A DNA stretch of 64,000 nucleotides. Source: the human T2T-CHM13v2.0 reference genome, Homo sapiens. The position numbers were made by a program, and so were the translations under genes. The DNA is taken from NCBI RefSeq assembly GCF_009914755.1, contig NC_060939.1. One strand, given 5' to 3'. This document shows, piece after piece, positions 37,851 through 56,656 of the stretch (positions are counted from its first letter, which is position 1; each line of letters begins with the position of its first letter). The notes under the pieces were generated by a model. The model was not told the DNA's origin. It did not search any database and worked only from the letters and a program-made list of their open reading frames with translations.

Positions 37851-39120
37851 GTGTTTCATACCTATATTTTTAGACATAAAATGTGTAACCTACAAAATTT
37901 TCTTGATTTGTTAGTTTTATTTGTTGTAAGTTTTTATTTCAGAATTAAATGTGCATATCAACATTTGTTATGTTCTCATAAACTTCTGTAATACATGGAG
38001 ATTCCTGGTCCACATATGTAAGTCTCTACATGAATATTATTTTGAAGCATTTAAGCTTCTGTTTTAATTTTTCAAAGGTCTAAATGAAATTGAGATTTTG
38101 GTTTCTGAGGTGAAATCATGGTAGTTGATTGAGAAATGCTTAAAAATTTGCCAAAACTTAAAATTAAGTTAAAGTTTACCTTTAAGATTCAACCTGAATA
38201 AGTCACCCTGTATTGCTGGTAATAAAGGAAACTTCAGAGAACGTTTTTCTTTCCCCAGTTGACATATAAATTAAAAGATGTAAAAATTTTTTATGGCCTT
38301 ATGCATTTTTTACTTTAGAATTCCAACGTTTTCTGGTTAAAATTTTTCCAAACAGATTCCTTGTATTTGAAGACAAATAATTTTTTAGTTGAACAGCTTA
38401 AGCAGTTAAATAAGGCCATGGAAGTTTCTCGAACTTATGGGAACCCATGAGAAAATCTGACATTATGTTCTATTCTCTTGGAAGGTAGAAATATCGTTTG
38501 ACTTCTGTTTTGCTGACAAGAAATGTCCTGAGCAAGACTACCTGGGACAATGACCTCACACATGGAAAACGTTGGAGCCCATCTGTTTCCAATCTGCTTT
38601 TTTCCAAAAATTAGGGAAGTTCAGCTTTCCCTTTGATACTCTCTGTTACTACCAATCCCAATGCCAGGGCTGTCCTGCTTCTACAAGTGACAATGACAAA
38701 TATAGGCCTGAAGAAAGATGAGCTGATGGCATTCCCAGCTTATTACCTCTCCTTGGGGGCCTTATCTCACATACATGGATCCAACTCATAGACTCAGCTG
38801 GGTGAGGATCTATTATTCAGCTACATTAGAAGTGACTGCTTAAGACTCAGGTGTGTGGTGAAATGAGGCAGAATTTTCTCAATGGAATGTTAGGAGAATT
38901 TTCTCCTCATAATTACCATCTTACTATCACTAAATCATAGCTAAACTGAGGAAATTTTTCAAGAAGAAATAGAAATGTAATCTTAGGAAGACATAAATTT
39001 AGACATTTGTGGAGAGCCCTTCATAATTTTATGGTGTTCTCTTTGAGCTGGGATTATAGTTGACTTTTCATTATAATATATTAGCTGTTCTAGACTTTAT
39101 GCATTTACTTAAAGTTTTCT

Positions 39121-43620
<4,500 letters not shown>

Positions 43621-43899
43621 AAAGTATGATTTCTTATTACATGAGATGTTTTAAATACATAACAATAATGATATTTATCAAAAATAATATTTTGTTTCAA
43701 TGTGATAAAAATTGCTAATAAATCAATTCTTTTTTGGTTATCACAAAGCTATCTGGAAATGTAATGTCTGCCATTTATAAAATTTTGTAGGGTTAATAGA
43801 ACTTTACTTGAAGGGAGGCTGGCAATACGCATCATGACTTCAAGCACTGCCAATGAAGTTGCGGATTTTGAAGTGGTAATCACATCTTGTTACTGGGAT

Positions 43900-44340
43900 T
43901 ATAAATTTGTACAAGCTTTATCAATTGTGATTAAACAATATATACCAAAATTATAAATGGCAATACTCTCTGATTCAGCAATTTCATTTCCAGAAATTTA
44001 CCCTACAGACATACTCATGATGCCAGGAATTATGTATGAATGGGAGAAAGTATTATACCACCTTTTTAATTAACAAAAGTCTAGAAATCACCTTAATGTT
44101 TGTCAATCACATTAATGATTATCACCTTACTGTTTATTGAAATTATGGTTATTCATATGATAGAATACTATGCAGCTATTTTTAAAAAATAAATTTTAAA
44201 AAGATGCTCAAAACTGATGTCCAAGATATGTTACAAAGTAAAAAACCTGGGTGCAGAGGCATGTGTGTAATATGCCTCCATTCCTATAAAATCAGAGTGT
44301 ATATAAATGCATACAGTATCTCTATTAACTGGTAACTCTT
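43900..44340 (+). mobile_element. Ancient L1M(C/E) 3' fragment
   Basis: 'tgattcagcaatttcatttccagaaatttaccctacag' and 'tagaatactatgcagctatt'. Confidence 0.55.
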
Positions 44341-44717
44341 ACAAAATTCAAAGTTAATGCAGGCATGGCCTTTCTTTTTTAATGTTAAAACTCCAAGGAA
44401 CTGCACAACATTTGAGGATTTCCAACACATGCCAATCTACCTTTGAACCTACAGATTTTAGGAAATGAGGCTTTTGAAAAATGAAGCATTAATATTTCTA
44501 GCTACAGTTGTTTGGGACATAATTAGAATGATCCATTCTTTGGAAGTCTGTAAAATTTGCTCATACAACCATCTGGGCCTAGTCCTTCCTTTGTGAAAGA
44601 TTTTATTTTACTAGAGATTTTATGTACTTCCTCAGTTTTCTATTTCTTCCTGATTCTTGAGTCGATTTTGGTACCACTTAGTACCCCACAGGGTGCTTGG
44701 GCTCAGAACACATCAGT

Positions 44718-45080
44718 CAAAGAAAGAGAGAAGAAAGGAAGGCAGGAAGGAAGGAGGAAGAAAAGAAGGAAGGAAAGAACGGGACAAAGAAGGAAAGAGA
44801 GAAGGAAGGAAAGAATGAGAGAAAGAAGGATGGAGGGAGAGAAAGACGGAAAGAGAGAAATAGAGAAGGAAATGAGAGAGAAGGAAGGAAGGAGGGAGAG
44901 AAAGAGGGAAAGAGAAAGAAGGAAAGAAACAAGGAAGCAGGGAGGGAGAGAAAGAGGAAGGGAGAGGAAGGAAGGAAGAGAGGAAGGAAGGAGAGTGGGG
45001 GGGAAGGGAGAGAGAGAGGGAGGGAGGGAAAGAAAGAAAGAGAGAAAGGTGAAAGGTGGGGACGGAAAGGGAAGAGGAGC
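44718..45080. repeat. Purine-rich (GA/GGAA) low-complexity tract
   Basis: ~360 nt almost entirely A/G on the + strand. Confidence 0.95.
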
Positions 45081-45307
45081 CAGCCACAGGCTACAGGCTG
45101 TTTGTTCACTCTTTTATGTGACCCAGGCAGTTTTGCCTTTTAAATATTCCACCTTCTGCCATGAGTTACACTCTTCAATATTCATTCCTCAGAGCATTCA
45201 AAGGTCTATGTGTGCCCTGCCATGAAGGAGTATGGCTTCAACTCTCAAACACAACTCTCAGCCAGAATATTAATGACTGGTCCCTCCCATACACTCATCA
45301 ATCCCCC

Positions 45308-45700
45308 ATATATGGTCTGCATGTGTCTCCCAGAGCTCACATGTTGGAAGCTTAATCCTCTATGTGACAGTGTTGAGAGGCAGGGCCTAATAAGAGTGAT
45401 TGGATTATGAGATTCTGCCCCCATGCACGGATTAATGTCACTATCTCAGGAGTAGGTTAGTTATCTTTGGAGTGGGCTTGTATTAAAAGCAAGTTCAGCC
45501 CCTTTTGCTCTCTTTCTTTCTGAAAGTCTTGCTCTGCTGCCTTCAGCCATGAGATGACACAGCAAGAAGGCCCTCACCAGATGCAGACCCCCTCATCCTT
45601 GGACTTCCTAGCCTCCAGAACTCTAAGAAATAAATTTCTTTTCTTTATAGATTCCCTAGTCTATGATATTCTGTTATAGCAGCACAAAATGGGTTAAGAT
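45308..45700 (+). mobile_element. MST (B/C/D-like) solo LTR
   Basis: MaLR LTR motifs 'cagcaagaaggccctcaccagatgc...cctccagaactctaagaaataaatt'. Confidence 0.75.
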
Positions 45701-45976
45701 GCCCCATTACATGGAGAGTGCTGATCCACAGGGTTAAGATCATTGACTTAGGGCTTGGAGTCTTATACAACATCCCTATGGGAATTGGTCTCCGTATTCC
45801 CTATCTTCCAGGAATCTCAAACGGTGATCTCAGACCAAAATATAGTCCAGATATTTTGCATTTGGCAATATTGCCCACTTTTCCACAACTTTATCGTGGC
45901 AGCTTTGATATGCTCACTTTTATGATCCCTGAAAGGATATGAGTTCAAGATCCTGCAAGGTTACAATCCAAGGATA

Positions 45977-46079
45977 GAAGAGCCTAGTCAAGAGTCCCAT
46001 CACCTGGGTGATCAGTGCAGAGATATGTCACAAAGCCCCCATAGGCAGAGCCTAGACAAGAGTTACATCACCTGGATGA
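45977..46079. repeat. Beta satellite (68-bp Sau3A), ~1.5 units
   Basis: GATCAGTGCAGAGATATGTCACAAAGCCCCCATAGGCAGAGCCTAGACAAGAGTTACATCACCTGG matches the beta-satellite consensus. Confidence 0.88.
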
Positions 46080-46119
46080 CAGGCAAACAACAATGACAAC
46101 TTATTTTCATCACCAATTC

Positions 46120-46280
46120 AGTCTTTGAGGTTAGACAGACCTGGATTCAAATCCAAGCTCCACCCCTCACTGTGTGAGCTTGCTCATGTTGCTAACCTCT
46201 CTGAGACTTGACTCTTCATTTGTGAAATGAGGATAAAACCCCTTCTCTCAGGGGCTGTGCCAAAGATGAAATGAGTCATG
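46120..46280 (+). mobile_element. MIR
   Basis: MIR core 'acagacctggattcaaatcc...aacctctctgag...tttgtgaaatgaggata'. Confidence 0.75.
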
Positions 46281-46339
46281 CATTGGTCAGGACAAGTGAT
46301 GCTGTATAACAAACAAGCCCCCAAACCTCAGTGGCTTAA

Positions 46340-46676
<337 letters not shown>

Positions 46677-46838
46677 TTGAGTTCTCAATTGATTTCACAT
46701 CCATCACGGGTCAACAAAGGGGCTCTGGTGGTCATAGTCATTCAGAGACTCAAACAGATAGACCCTTATCCCAGAAGATGCTCCCACAGTTCCAGAAACA
46801 GAGCAAAGAAAACACAATCAGCCATGAGCCACTTCTTA

Positions 46839-47203
<365 letters not shown>

Positions 47204-47824
47204 AGTCTCAGGCTATGACTGAACTAGGAGGGTAGAAAGAATAGTCATTTTGGTTGCCACAAAACGTCAAAACAAAGATGCAGATCATTGATGTAAAATT
47301 ACAGTTAGTTCCTTCCCACTCCTTTTCAGCTACTCTTCGTTACCATGAGCCAGCGTCTCCAGGGTCAGTTTTCAGTCTATTGCCTCCCAGCTCCTAGTGC
47401 ACCTTTCAATATGTGCACTGTGATAATCTGGGAAACACTGTTCAATATACCTTCTGGAAGTGAACATTCTGCAGGCATCTAGGTAGAGAATGGAGAGACT
47501 GCGGAGGACAACAGCTCTCTGGCTGGGCTTTGATCATGTTCAAGCCCCAACCGCAGACCTAAGCATGGTCCCTCAGCCACCTTGTAGCCTTGGCTTGCAA
47601 CATCTCGACATGGAAACCAAAACGCTGCACGGCCCATGTGATATGAAAGTTCTTGAAAAGTTGCCCAGACCCCCTCTTGTACCCCTTTTGTAACCTGCAC
47701 ACAGTGACCTGTAGTCTAGAGGGTCCGCACAGAGCTGTCATTCCTACTGCCAGACCCTGCAAGATTCACGCGTTCTGGAGGCTTCCTGCCCTACAAAGGC
47801 AGCCAGACTCCCTCCATGCATCCC

Positions 47825-48035
47825 TGCACCAGCGGCTCACGGCCAGCTCCCTCAAATGCACTCCAGCGGCTCATGGCCAGCTCCCTCACCTGCCCCAACG
47901 GCTCACGGCCTGCTCCCTCACCTGCACCAGGTGCTCACGGCCGGATCCCTCCCCTGCACACCAGCGGCTCACAGCCGGCTCCGTCCCGTGCACTCCAGCA
48001 GCTCATGGCTGGCTCCCTCACCTGCACTCCAGTGG
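47825..48035. repeat. GC-rich minisatellite, 32-34 bp unit, ~6.5 copies
   Basis: Unit TGCAC(TC)CAGCGGCTCAYGGCCRGCTCCCTCACC. Confidence 0.9.
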
Positions 48036-49169
48036 GTGGCCTAGTGCTGGTGCAAAAGCTGCTGACTAGCTCCAGCCTGCCCAAACCCACAAACGTCTCT
48101 TATGTGGTGGTTGAACCACATTTTACGACATCTGAACACCTTTCAAATCTGTGCTTCCTTGGGTACCTCCCTCTTCACTAGGGCACCAGGCAGAGTTGCT
48201 TTATGTCTTACAGTCACTCTTTTATCATAGTTGCAATCCTTTATCCTACACTTCCCTGTTAGACCCACTGTGTGGTTTCTATCTTTTGATGGGACCCAGG
48301 CTGCTACACACCCTAACCCATGCACATTGCACTTCATTAGTTCCTCACTATTGGCCAAAGATCATGCTCCACCACCCCTCTCTGCCCCCGACTTTCTTTC
48401 CTTAATTGAAACCCCTAAATGCCCTCTTTGCCTCCAAAGCTTACCTGCTCTTCCTTCCCTATATTCTTGGCCACACACAAAAATCTGATGCTCTGGCAAA
48501 TGCAAAAATGGGGAGAAGGCAGGGGAATCATTTCTCTTCCCTTACGTAAGCACTGAGGGTAATGTCATTCCATTGTGTGAGGAATAAAAAAATGAGGCAT
48601 AGAGAGCTGCCATGATTTGCCTAGACCAATGAAGCTGTCATGGCAGAAGTAGAACAAAGGTTTAGGTGTCCTGAATGTCAGTCCAGCTCCTATGCCTTCA
48701 GAACGTGCTGTGGAGGGAGACACTGGGGGACCCCACTCATGCTGAGCACTCAGGGTTACCCAGGTTCTGACAGTGGGGATGTGACAGGCTGAGCTGACTC
48801 AGTCCAGTCCTCCTATACCAAATAAGGATGGAAGCCCTCACATAATAGAAGTGAAGACAGGGAACAAATCCAGGAACAATTAAGAGGCTGATGCCTGGAA
48901 GGCCTGGGCAGAATGACAGGGAAATTGGAGCAGAACAGAGGCCCTAGATGGGGACAAGGGGAAGGAAGTGGCCTCAGGGGCCAGATGGCACCTGTCCACT
49001 GCACAGAGGCTGGAGCCTTGAGTTCCATCTAGTCCTTGTCAACTACAATCATTACGCCCTATGGCTCAACGAGTCCTGGAGAAAATGTGTTTTCTGCAGT
49101 CTGGGGAGGTGAGAGTAAAACAATTCAGCCTCAAGAAGTTGAAAGCCCAGGAAATCATAGCACGTGGAG

Positions 49170-49525
49170 ATGGGATTCATACTTAAACTTCCTGCCCTTG
49201 ACTTCTGGTTTGGCCACTTGACTCACATTGGCCAATGGATGTGGTAAAGTGGTTGTCTGCCCATTCTGAGCCTGGGTGGTAAGATAAGAGATCTTCACAT
49301 TTCCCTTTGTTCTTTGCACTCCTGCCATTACCATGAGAAGAAGGCACCCTGGCAGGCCCCGACCCCAGGAGGATCAGAGACACTTGGAGCAGATCCAGCT
49401 CAGCCACCACATTTCAAGCTGAAACCTCCCAAGCAACCCATGCTCATGAGTGAGAAATGGTGGCCTATGGTCGTAGGCCTCTGGGGTGTGGGGTTACTTG
49501 TTACAAAGCTAGAGTTAATTAATAG
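49170..49525 (+). mobile_element. Old MLT1 LTR
   Basis: 'tttggccacttgactcacattggccaatgg' and 'ctgccattaccatgagaagaa'. Confidence 0.6.
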
Positions 49526-49779
49526 AGATTTCTACCTCACATCCCTACAAATCAAATAACAAAGGAAATAAAACAAAATATGAAAAGCAGATTTCCAATT
49601 TTTAGAAGAAAACAGAGGACATATTTTATGACACTAAGCAGAGAGAAAATTTTTTATATGACACAAAACACAGACACCGTAAAATAAATTACTGATAAAT
49701 TCATTCAGTTGTATTAAATGTAGAAGCTTTGATCTGACAAAAGAGGCGATGAATAAAGTTAAAAGACAAAGACAGTGCA

Positions 49780-50134
49780 TGATATGATTTGGCTGTGTGT
49801 CCCCACCTAAATCTCATCTTGAATTGTCTTCCCATAATTCTCCTGTGTCCTGGGAGGGACCTAGTGGGAGATAATTGGAATCATGGGGGCGGTTCCCCCA
49901 TACTGTTCTCCTGGTAGTGAATAAGTCTCATGAGATCTGACGGTTTTATCAGGGGGTTCCACTTTTGCATCATCCTCATTTTTCTCTGGCCACTGCCATT
50001 TAAGAAGTGTCTTTCACCTCCCACCATGATTCTGAGGCCTCTTCAGTCATGTGGAACTGTAAGTCCAATTAAACCTCTTTTTCTTCCCAGTCTGGGTTAT
50101 GCCTTTATCGGCAGTGTGAAAATGGACTAATACA
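49780..50134 (+). mobile_element. THE1A solo LTR in an old L1ME fragment
   Basis: Matches THE1A along its length. Perfect TSD GTGCA. Confidence 0.9.
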
Positions 50135-50212
50135 GTGCACCAATAGGGAAAACATATTTGTAAGGTATTTGGCCAAAAAAGCATTGATATCCAGATCATT
50201 AAAATCAAAATT

Positions 50213-50502
50213 GGCCAGTCGTGTTGACTCATGCCTGTAATCCCAGCACTTTGGGAAGCTGAGGCAGGTGGATCACCTGAGGTCAGGAGTTCGAGACCAG
50301 TCTGACCAACATGGAGAAACCCCGTCTCTACTAAAAATACAAAATTAGCTGGGCGTGGTGGCACTTACCTGCAATCCCAGCTACTCAGAAGGCTGAGGCA
50401 GGAGAATCGCTTGAACCAGGGAGGCGGAAGTTGTGGTGAGCCGCGATAGTGCCATTGCACTCCCACCTAGGCAACAAGTGCAAAACTCCGTCTAAAAAAA
50501 AA
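50213..50502 (+). mobile_element. AluSp-like
   Basis: 'ctgaccaacatggagaaaccccg' and 'gttgtggtgagcc'. Confidence 0.9.
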
Positions 50503-52439
50503 ATAGTACTTACAAGTCAGCAAGGAGAAACCAAAGATCCAACAGACTTATGGACCAGGAGCAATTCACAGAGAAGGAGACCCGAAGGGCTGGGAAACAC
50601 AAGGCACACGTTCAGCTGCACTGCAAATTCCAGGAACAATATCAAAAAGTGCGATAACAAATATTGATGAAAATGAGTGAAGATGGATGTGAGCACTGCT
50701 GGCGAGGGGCATTTTGAGGACTCCAGCCCCAAGGTCATCTGGCTGTGCTTCCTAGGAAGGGCTGACAACAGACCTGTCCCAAGACCCCAAGTCTCACCAG
50801 GCTACGTGCAGGCTTTGGACCAGAACATCAGCATCATCTTGGGGTGGTGGTTGCAGGGGGAGGCACGCATCCTCTGCTCACCAGAAATGCAGAATTCTGG
50901 ATTCATCTGGAAGATATTGTTGAAGGGAAAAGCAACTTTCAGGAGAGTATGTATGGACTGCTATTTGTATAAAATTGCAAAAACAGACCAAAAAAACACT
51001 ATCCATTCTTCATGGACATGCACACTAGGTATTAAACATGGATGGGAAGACACACATTGACTTCAGAATAGTGGGAGGGTGGAGGTAACTGGACTGGAAA
51101 AGGGGCATATAACTTGAGCTTCAGCTTGAACATTATGGCTGAATCCGTAATGTTTTCTTCCCTTAAACTCTGGAGCAAATGCATCCAAATGTTACCACAT
51201 TTGAAGTTTAACTGGGAGGTACAAGAAAGTTTAATACCATTATCCTCTACGCAGTCCTGTGTGTTTGTAATATTGAGCCATATTTTTTAAACACTTGACT
51301 CAGCATGAAAGGAAGCTTGCCTACATGGTAACAATGGTTATCTTTAGGTAGCAGAATTCAAGACTGCTTCTTTTTTCTTTTCTTCCTACTTGTATGTTAT
51401 CTCTATTTCCCTGTGTGAGGATTTATGACTGTTGTGATGAAAAGGCTAGTATTCTAACTCCCTGCATCATAAGCACACACCGTGCCCTGGCTGGCAGGAT
51501 GGGGAGGAGGGAGCGTGACTGTTCACCTGGCCAGCCCTAGGCAACTCTGCAGAGAAAGACACAGGCACTTCCCCTCTGCAGCCAAAGAGTTAAGAAGGCT
51601 TGATGTGAAATGAATCATTCCAGGGGAGCTAAATCCCGACCTTATCTAATTCTGTATCCTGAGGCTGATTAATTTAAACTCAAAAATAAAATAAACATCA
51701 TCTTTAAATAGGGATTAAATACTCAGCGGGGTCCTTAGTTGAACAAACTGACATACCTTTTATGGTATGGATTCAGGGGGCCCAGGGTGGGGCGAGGGCT
51801 ATCTGTGGGGATGCTAGCTGAGCTAAGGAGAGAAAATCGCCAGTGCTCCTGGATTCCGGAGTGCATTCACCTTTAGCTTCTTCTCTGGATACCCGCAGAA
51901 AACCAAAGAGCCACCCTGTGGCAGGATCTTCACACAGGAAGTGGGCTTGTGCCCTGTGTCCCCGAGGGAGAAAGAATTATGGAGGGAGTGGGTGAAGAGT
52001 TTGGAGGAAGCCCCTGATGTTCTTAGAAAACAGTAGGAAAGAGATTCCCTTGGCTGGGCATTGTTCCCAAATAGGAGACAAGTGCATGAACTAAAAACAG
52101 AGACTCCCAGCTCCCTCCATGGTCCCTGAGTTCAGAAGGGAACTCAGGGAGGTGGGGCAAGTAAAAAATTGAGTGGGTTATCTGACATGCGCCTGGAGGG
52201 ACCCACGAACCTGAGTCAGGCATGAGAGTGGGCAGCTGGTGGATTCTTCCAGGCCTGCAGCATAAAGCCAGGCGGACGTCCCAAGAACAAGCCATGTCTG
52301 CAGAGGCCTCTACTGCATCCCTGCCTCATGGGCACAATATCACAGAACAGAATTACATCATGTGGGAGGCCATGTGCAGTATGAGTGTTATAATGGAGCT
52401 GGACCCAGAAGGTCCCAGACCCAGGTCCAGCTACGTCTC

Positions 52440-52800
52440 TGCTATAGTCAATGTTTGTGTGTCCCTAAAATCTGTGTGTTAAAACTAATCCCTGAAAGGT
52501 TAGGTTTGAATTAGGAGGCAAAGACTTTAGGAAGTGATTTCACCATGAAAGCAAAGAGCCCATGAATGGGATAAGAGGCCTTGTAAAAGGGAGCCAAGGG
52601 AGCTTGTTCTCTCCTTCCACCATGTGAGGACACAGCTAGGAGGTGCCCTCTGTAAGAAACAGGTCCTCAACAGACACCTAATCTGCCACTACTTTGACCT
52701 TCCACTTGCCAGCATCCAGATCTATGAGACAAAATTTCTGCTGCTTATAAGCCCCCTAGGTTAAGGTATTTTGTTACGGCAGCCCAAATGGAATAAGACA
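52440..52800 (+). mobile_element. MLT1A-type solo LTR
   Basis: TGCTATAG...TAAGACA. TSD GTCTC/GCCTC. Confidence 0.8.
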
Positions 52801-54219
52801 GCCTCTGACCATCTTGAGCAACTCACTTATCTGTTGAACTCTCCACAGATTTAACTGTGATGAAATCCCTTCAACAGATGTATATTGAACACCTACTATG
52901 TATAAGGACACATTGTGTTATTAGATAGGGTATAAAGAAAGTCACAGTTCCCCAGAGGTAGGCACTGCCATAGCTGAAGAGCCAACCCAAGTTGCTGTTG
53001 CCAGTGGGGGAAGGGCTGGGTGTCAGAGAAGAAGAGAACTTGCCAAAGTCCATGTCTGCAGCAATATTGGAACGTCTAATGGATGGTTCCCAAAGTGGTG
53101 ACTCCTCATCTTCTTACAAAAACTCATAGTTGTCTCTGTGTAAAGTCTTCCCAGAAATGCAGGGCAGTTGAGAATATGCAGATCAGAAAAGACAAGAGGA
53201 TAGAGAGAGCAGATTCTTGGCATCAGCAGCCACGGACTTCTTGCAGGAAGGAAAGCATTTCTCCTGGATCCCTGGGTAGCAGATAAACGTACAGAAATAC
53301 ATTTGTTGGCTATTTGATTCATGGACTTTGAACATTTGCAGACCGAGAGGCTGAGAATCTTCTCCAACCAGATGGTGTGGGGCGTGGAAGTACAGAAAGG
53401 GATCAAAGGAGGAGGAAAGCAGAGCAATGAGAAGGGAGCTGTCAGCATGACCAACACAGAGACCTGGGTCTCTGCTACCAACAATACGAGCTAATGTATA
53501 ATGATTGCAGGTCTGTAAACAGCAGGCTTTCCATATCACATGTGGCAAGCTCTGATGACAACCCTGTGTGACATGTATGGTTGTCAGAGGCAGAGAGTTG
53601 CTAAATAATCACACACAACTGGTGGAATGCCAGAGAGTTTGGTTTTACTTGGTCATCTTCCTGTTTGCTTACTATTTGTCCCATCTGTAGTTTGTTCTCC
53701 TGTTCCTCTTTGACTTCTTTTGAATTTGTTGAGTATTTTTATTTCATTTAATCTTTTTTGTTGGCCTTTTTCATATAACTATTTTTGCTTCATTTGGTTT
53801 TGAGTTTTAACCATTGCTCTATGGTTTATGGTATATCATATGGTTTGGATCTGTGTCCCTACCCAAATCTCATGTGGAAATATAATCCCCAATGCCACAA
53901 GTGGGGCCTGGAGGGAGGTGATTGGATCATGGAGCCGGTTTCTCATGGTTTAACACCATCCCCACTTGGTACTATATAGCGAGTGAGTTCTCACAAGATC
54001 TGGTTATTTAATAGTGTGTGGCACCTCCCCCTCTCTCTTCCTCCTGCTCCAGTCACATAAGAAGTGCCTGCTTCCCTTTTGCCTTCCGTCATGATTGTAA
54101 GCTCCCTGAGGCCTCCCCAGAAGCCGAGCAGATGACAGAATCACGCTTCCTGTACAGCCTGCAGAACTGTGAGCCAATTAAACCTCTTTTCTTCATAAAT
54201 TACCCAGTCTCAGACATTT

Positions 54220-54514
54220 ATTTTTTGAGACGTAGTCTCGCTCTGTCGCCCAGGCTGCAGTGAAGTGGTGCAATCTCAGCTCACTGCAACGTCTGCCTCC
54301 CTGGTTCAAGTGATTCTGCTGCCTCAGCCTCCCGAGTAGCTCAGCTGGGACTACAGGCATATGCCACCAAGCCCACCTATTTTTCTGTGTATTTTTAGTA
54401 GACACAGGGTTTCACCATGTTGGCCAGGATGGTCTCAATCTCCTGAACTCGTAATCCATGCGCCTCAGCCTCCCAAAGTGCTGGGATTACAGGAGTGAGC
54501 CAGCATGCCCAGCC
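54220..54514 (-). mobile_element. AluS
   Basis: Full dimer. TSD CCAGTCTCAGAYATTT. Confidence 0.88.
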
Positions 54515-54534
54515 CCAGTCTCAGATATTTCTTT

Positions 54535-55416
54535 TTTTTTTAAATTCATTTATTATTATTTTTTTAAGTATTATTATTATACTTTAAGTTTTAGGGTACA
54601 TGTGCACAACGTGCAGGTTTGTTACATATGTATACATGTGTCATGTTGGTGTGCTGCACCCATTAACTCGTCATTTAGCATTAGGTATATCTCCTAATGC
54701 TATCCCTTCCCCCTCCCCCCACCCCACAACAGTCCCCAGTGTGTGATATCTCCCTTCCTGTGTCCATGTGTTCTCATTGTTCAATTCCCACCTATGAGTG
54801 AGAACATGTGGTGTTTGGTTTTTTGTCCTTGTGATAGTTTGCTGAGAATGATGATTTCCAGCTTCATCCATGTTCCTACAAAGGCCATGAACTCATCCTT
54901 TTTTATGGCTGCATAGTATTCCATGGTGTGTATGTGCCACATTTTCTTAATCCAGTCTATCATTGTTGGACATTTGGGTTGGTTCCAAGTCTTTGCTATT
55001 GTGAATAGTGCCACGATAAACATATGTGTGCATGTGTCTTTATAGCAACATGATTTATAATCCTTCGGGTATATACCCAGCAATGAGATGGCTGGGTCAT
55101 ATGGTATTTCTAGTTCTAGATCCCTGAGGAATCGCCACACTGACTTCCACAATGGTTGAACTAGTTTACAGTCCCACCAACAGTGTAAAACTGTTCCTAT
55201 TTCTCCACATCCTCTCCAGCACCTGTTGTTTCCTGACTTTTCAACGATCACCATTCTAACTGGTGTGAGATGGTATCTCATTGTGGTTTTGATTTGCATT
55301 TCTCTGATGGCCAGTGATGATATTGTGGTTTTGATTTGCATTTCTCTGATGGCCAGTGATGATGAGCATTTTTTCATGTGTTTTTTTGGCTGCATAATGT
55401 CTTCTTTTGAGAAGCG
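54535..55416 (-). mobile_element. 5'-truncated L1PA4-like element
   Basis: ORF2 C-terminus, 3'UTR and tail. TSD TCAGAYATTTCTTT. Confidence 0.9.
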
Positions 55417-55926
55417 TCAGACATTTCTTTATAGCAGTTCAAGAACAGACTGATACAGTATATGTATTTAACTTAGCATTGGCTGCCATCAACATTATAC
55501 CACTTCACATAGAGGATAAGAACCTTAAAATAGTGCCCATTCATTTCCCTCCTTTTGGGTTTTGTGTTATTGTTTTCATGCATTTTACTTCTGTATGTGC
55601 TGTAAACTCACATTAATTTGTCATCATTTTTGCCTTAAACAGTCAATTATCTTTTAAAAATGCTTATTAATGTCGTATTTTTGCTCACACATTTGCCATC
55701 TCTGGTGCTCTACATTCTTTTGCGTAGATCTGGACTTCCATCTGGTTTCACTTTCCCTCTGCCTGAAGGATTTCCTTTAATATTCCTTGTAGTGAGGACT
55801 TGCTGTTAATGCATTCTTCAAGCTTTTTAATGTCTGAAAGTCTTTATTTCACTATCATTTTTGAAATATTTTTGCTGGGTGTAGAATTCTAGACTGGCAA
55901 TCGTTTTATCCTTAAGTATTTTATAG

Positions 55927-56268
<342 letters not shown>

Positions 56269-56283
56269 TTGCTTTCTTTCTAA

Positions 56284-56656
<373 letters not shown>

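Larger units (their letters stand above)
53836..55457 (+). mobile_element. MSTA solo LTR carrying an Alu and an L1PA
   Basis: MSTA sequence. Perfect TSD GTATA (53831-53835 / 55458-55462). Confidence 0.88.

Noticed and set aside
37900-39100. Unassigned non-repeat stretch as a possible gene or lncRNA exon
   Set aside because: No ORF, exon structure or homology that I can support from the sequence alone.
44557-45225. 222-aa R/E/K/G-rich ORF and overlapping ORFs
   Set aside because: Artefact of the purine-rich tract, which contains no stop codons.
47653-48181. Overlapping 121-138 aa ORFs
   Set aside because: Open in all frames because of the GC-rich VNTR. No recognisable domain.
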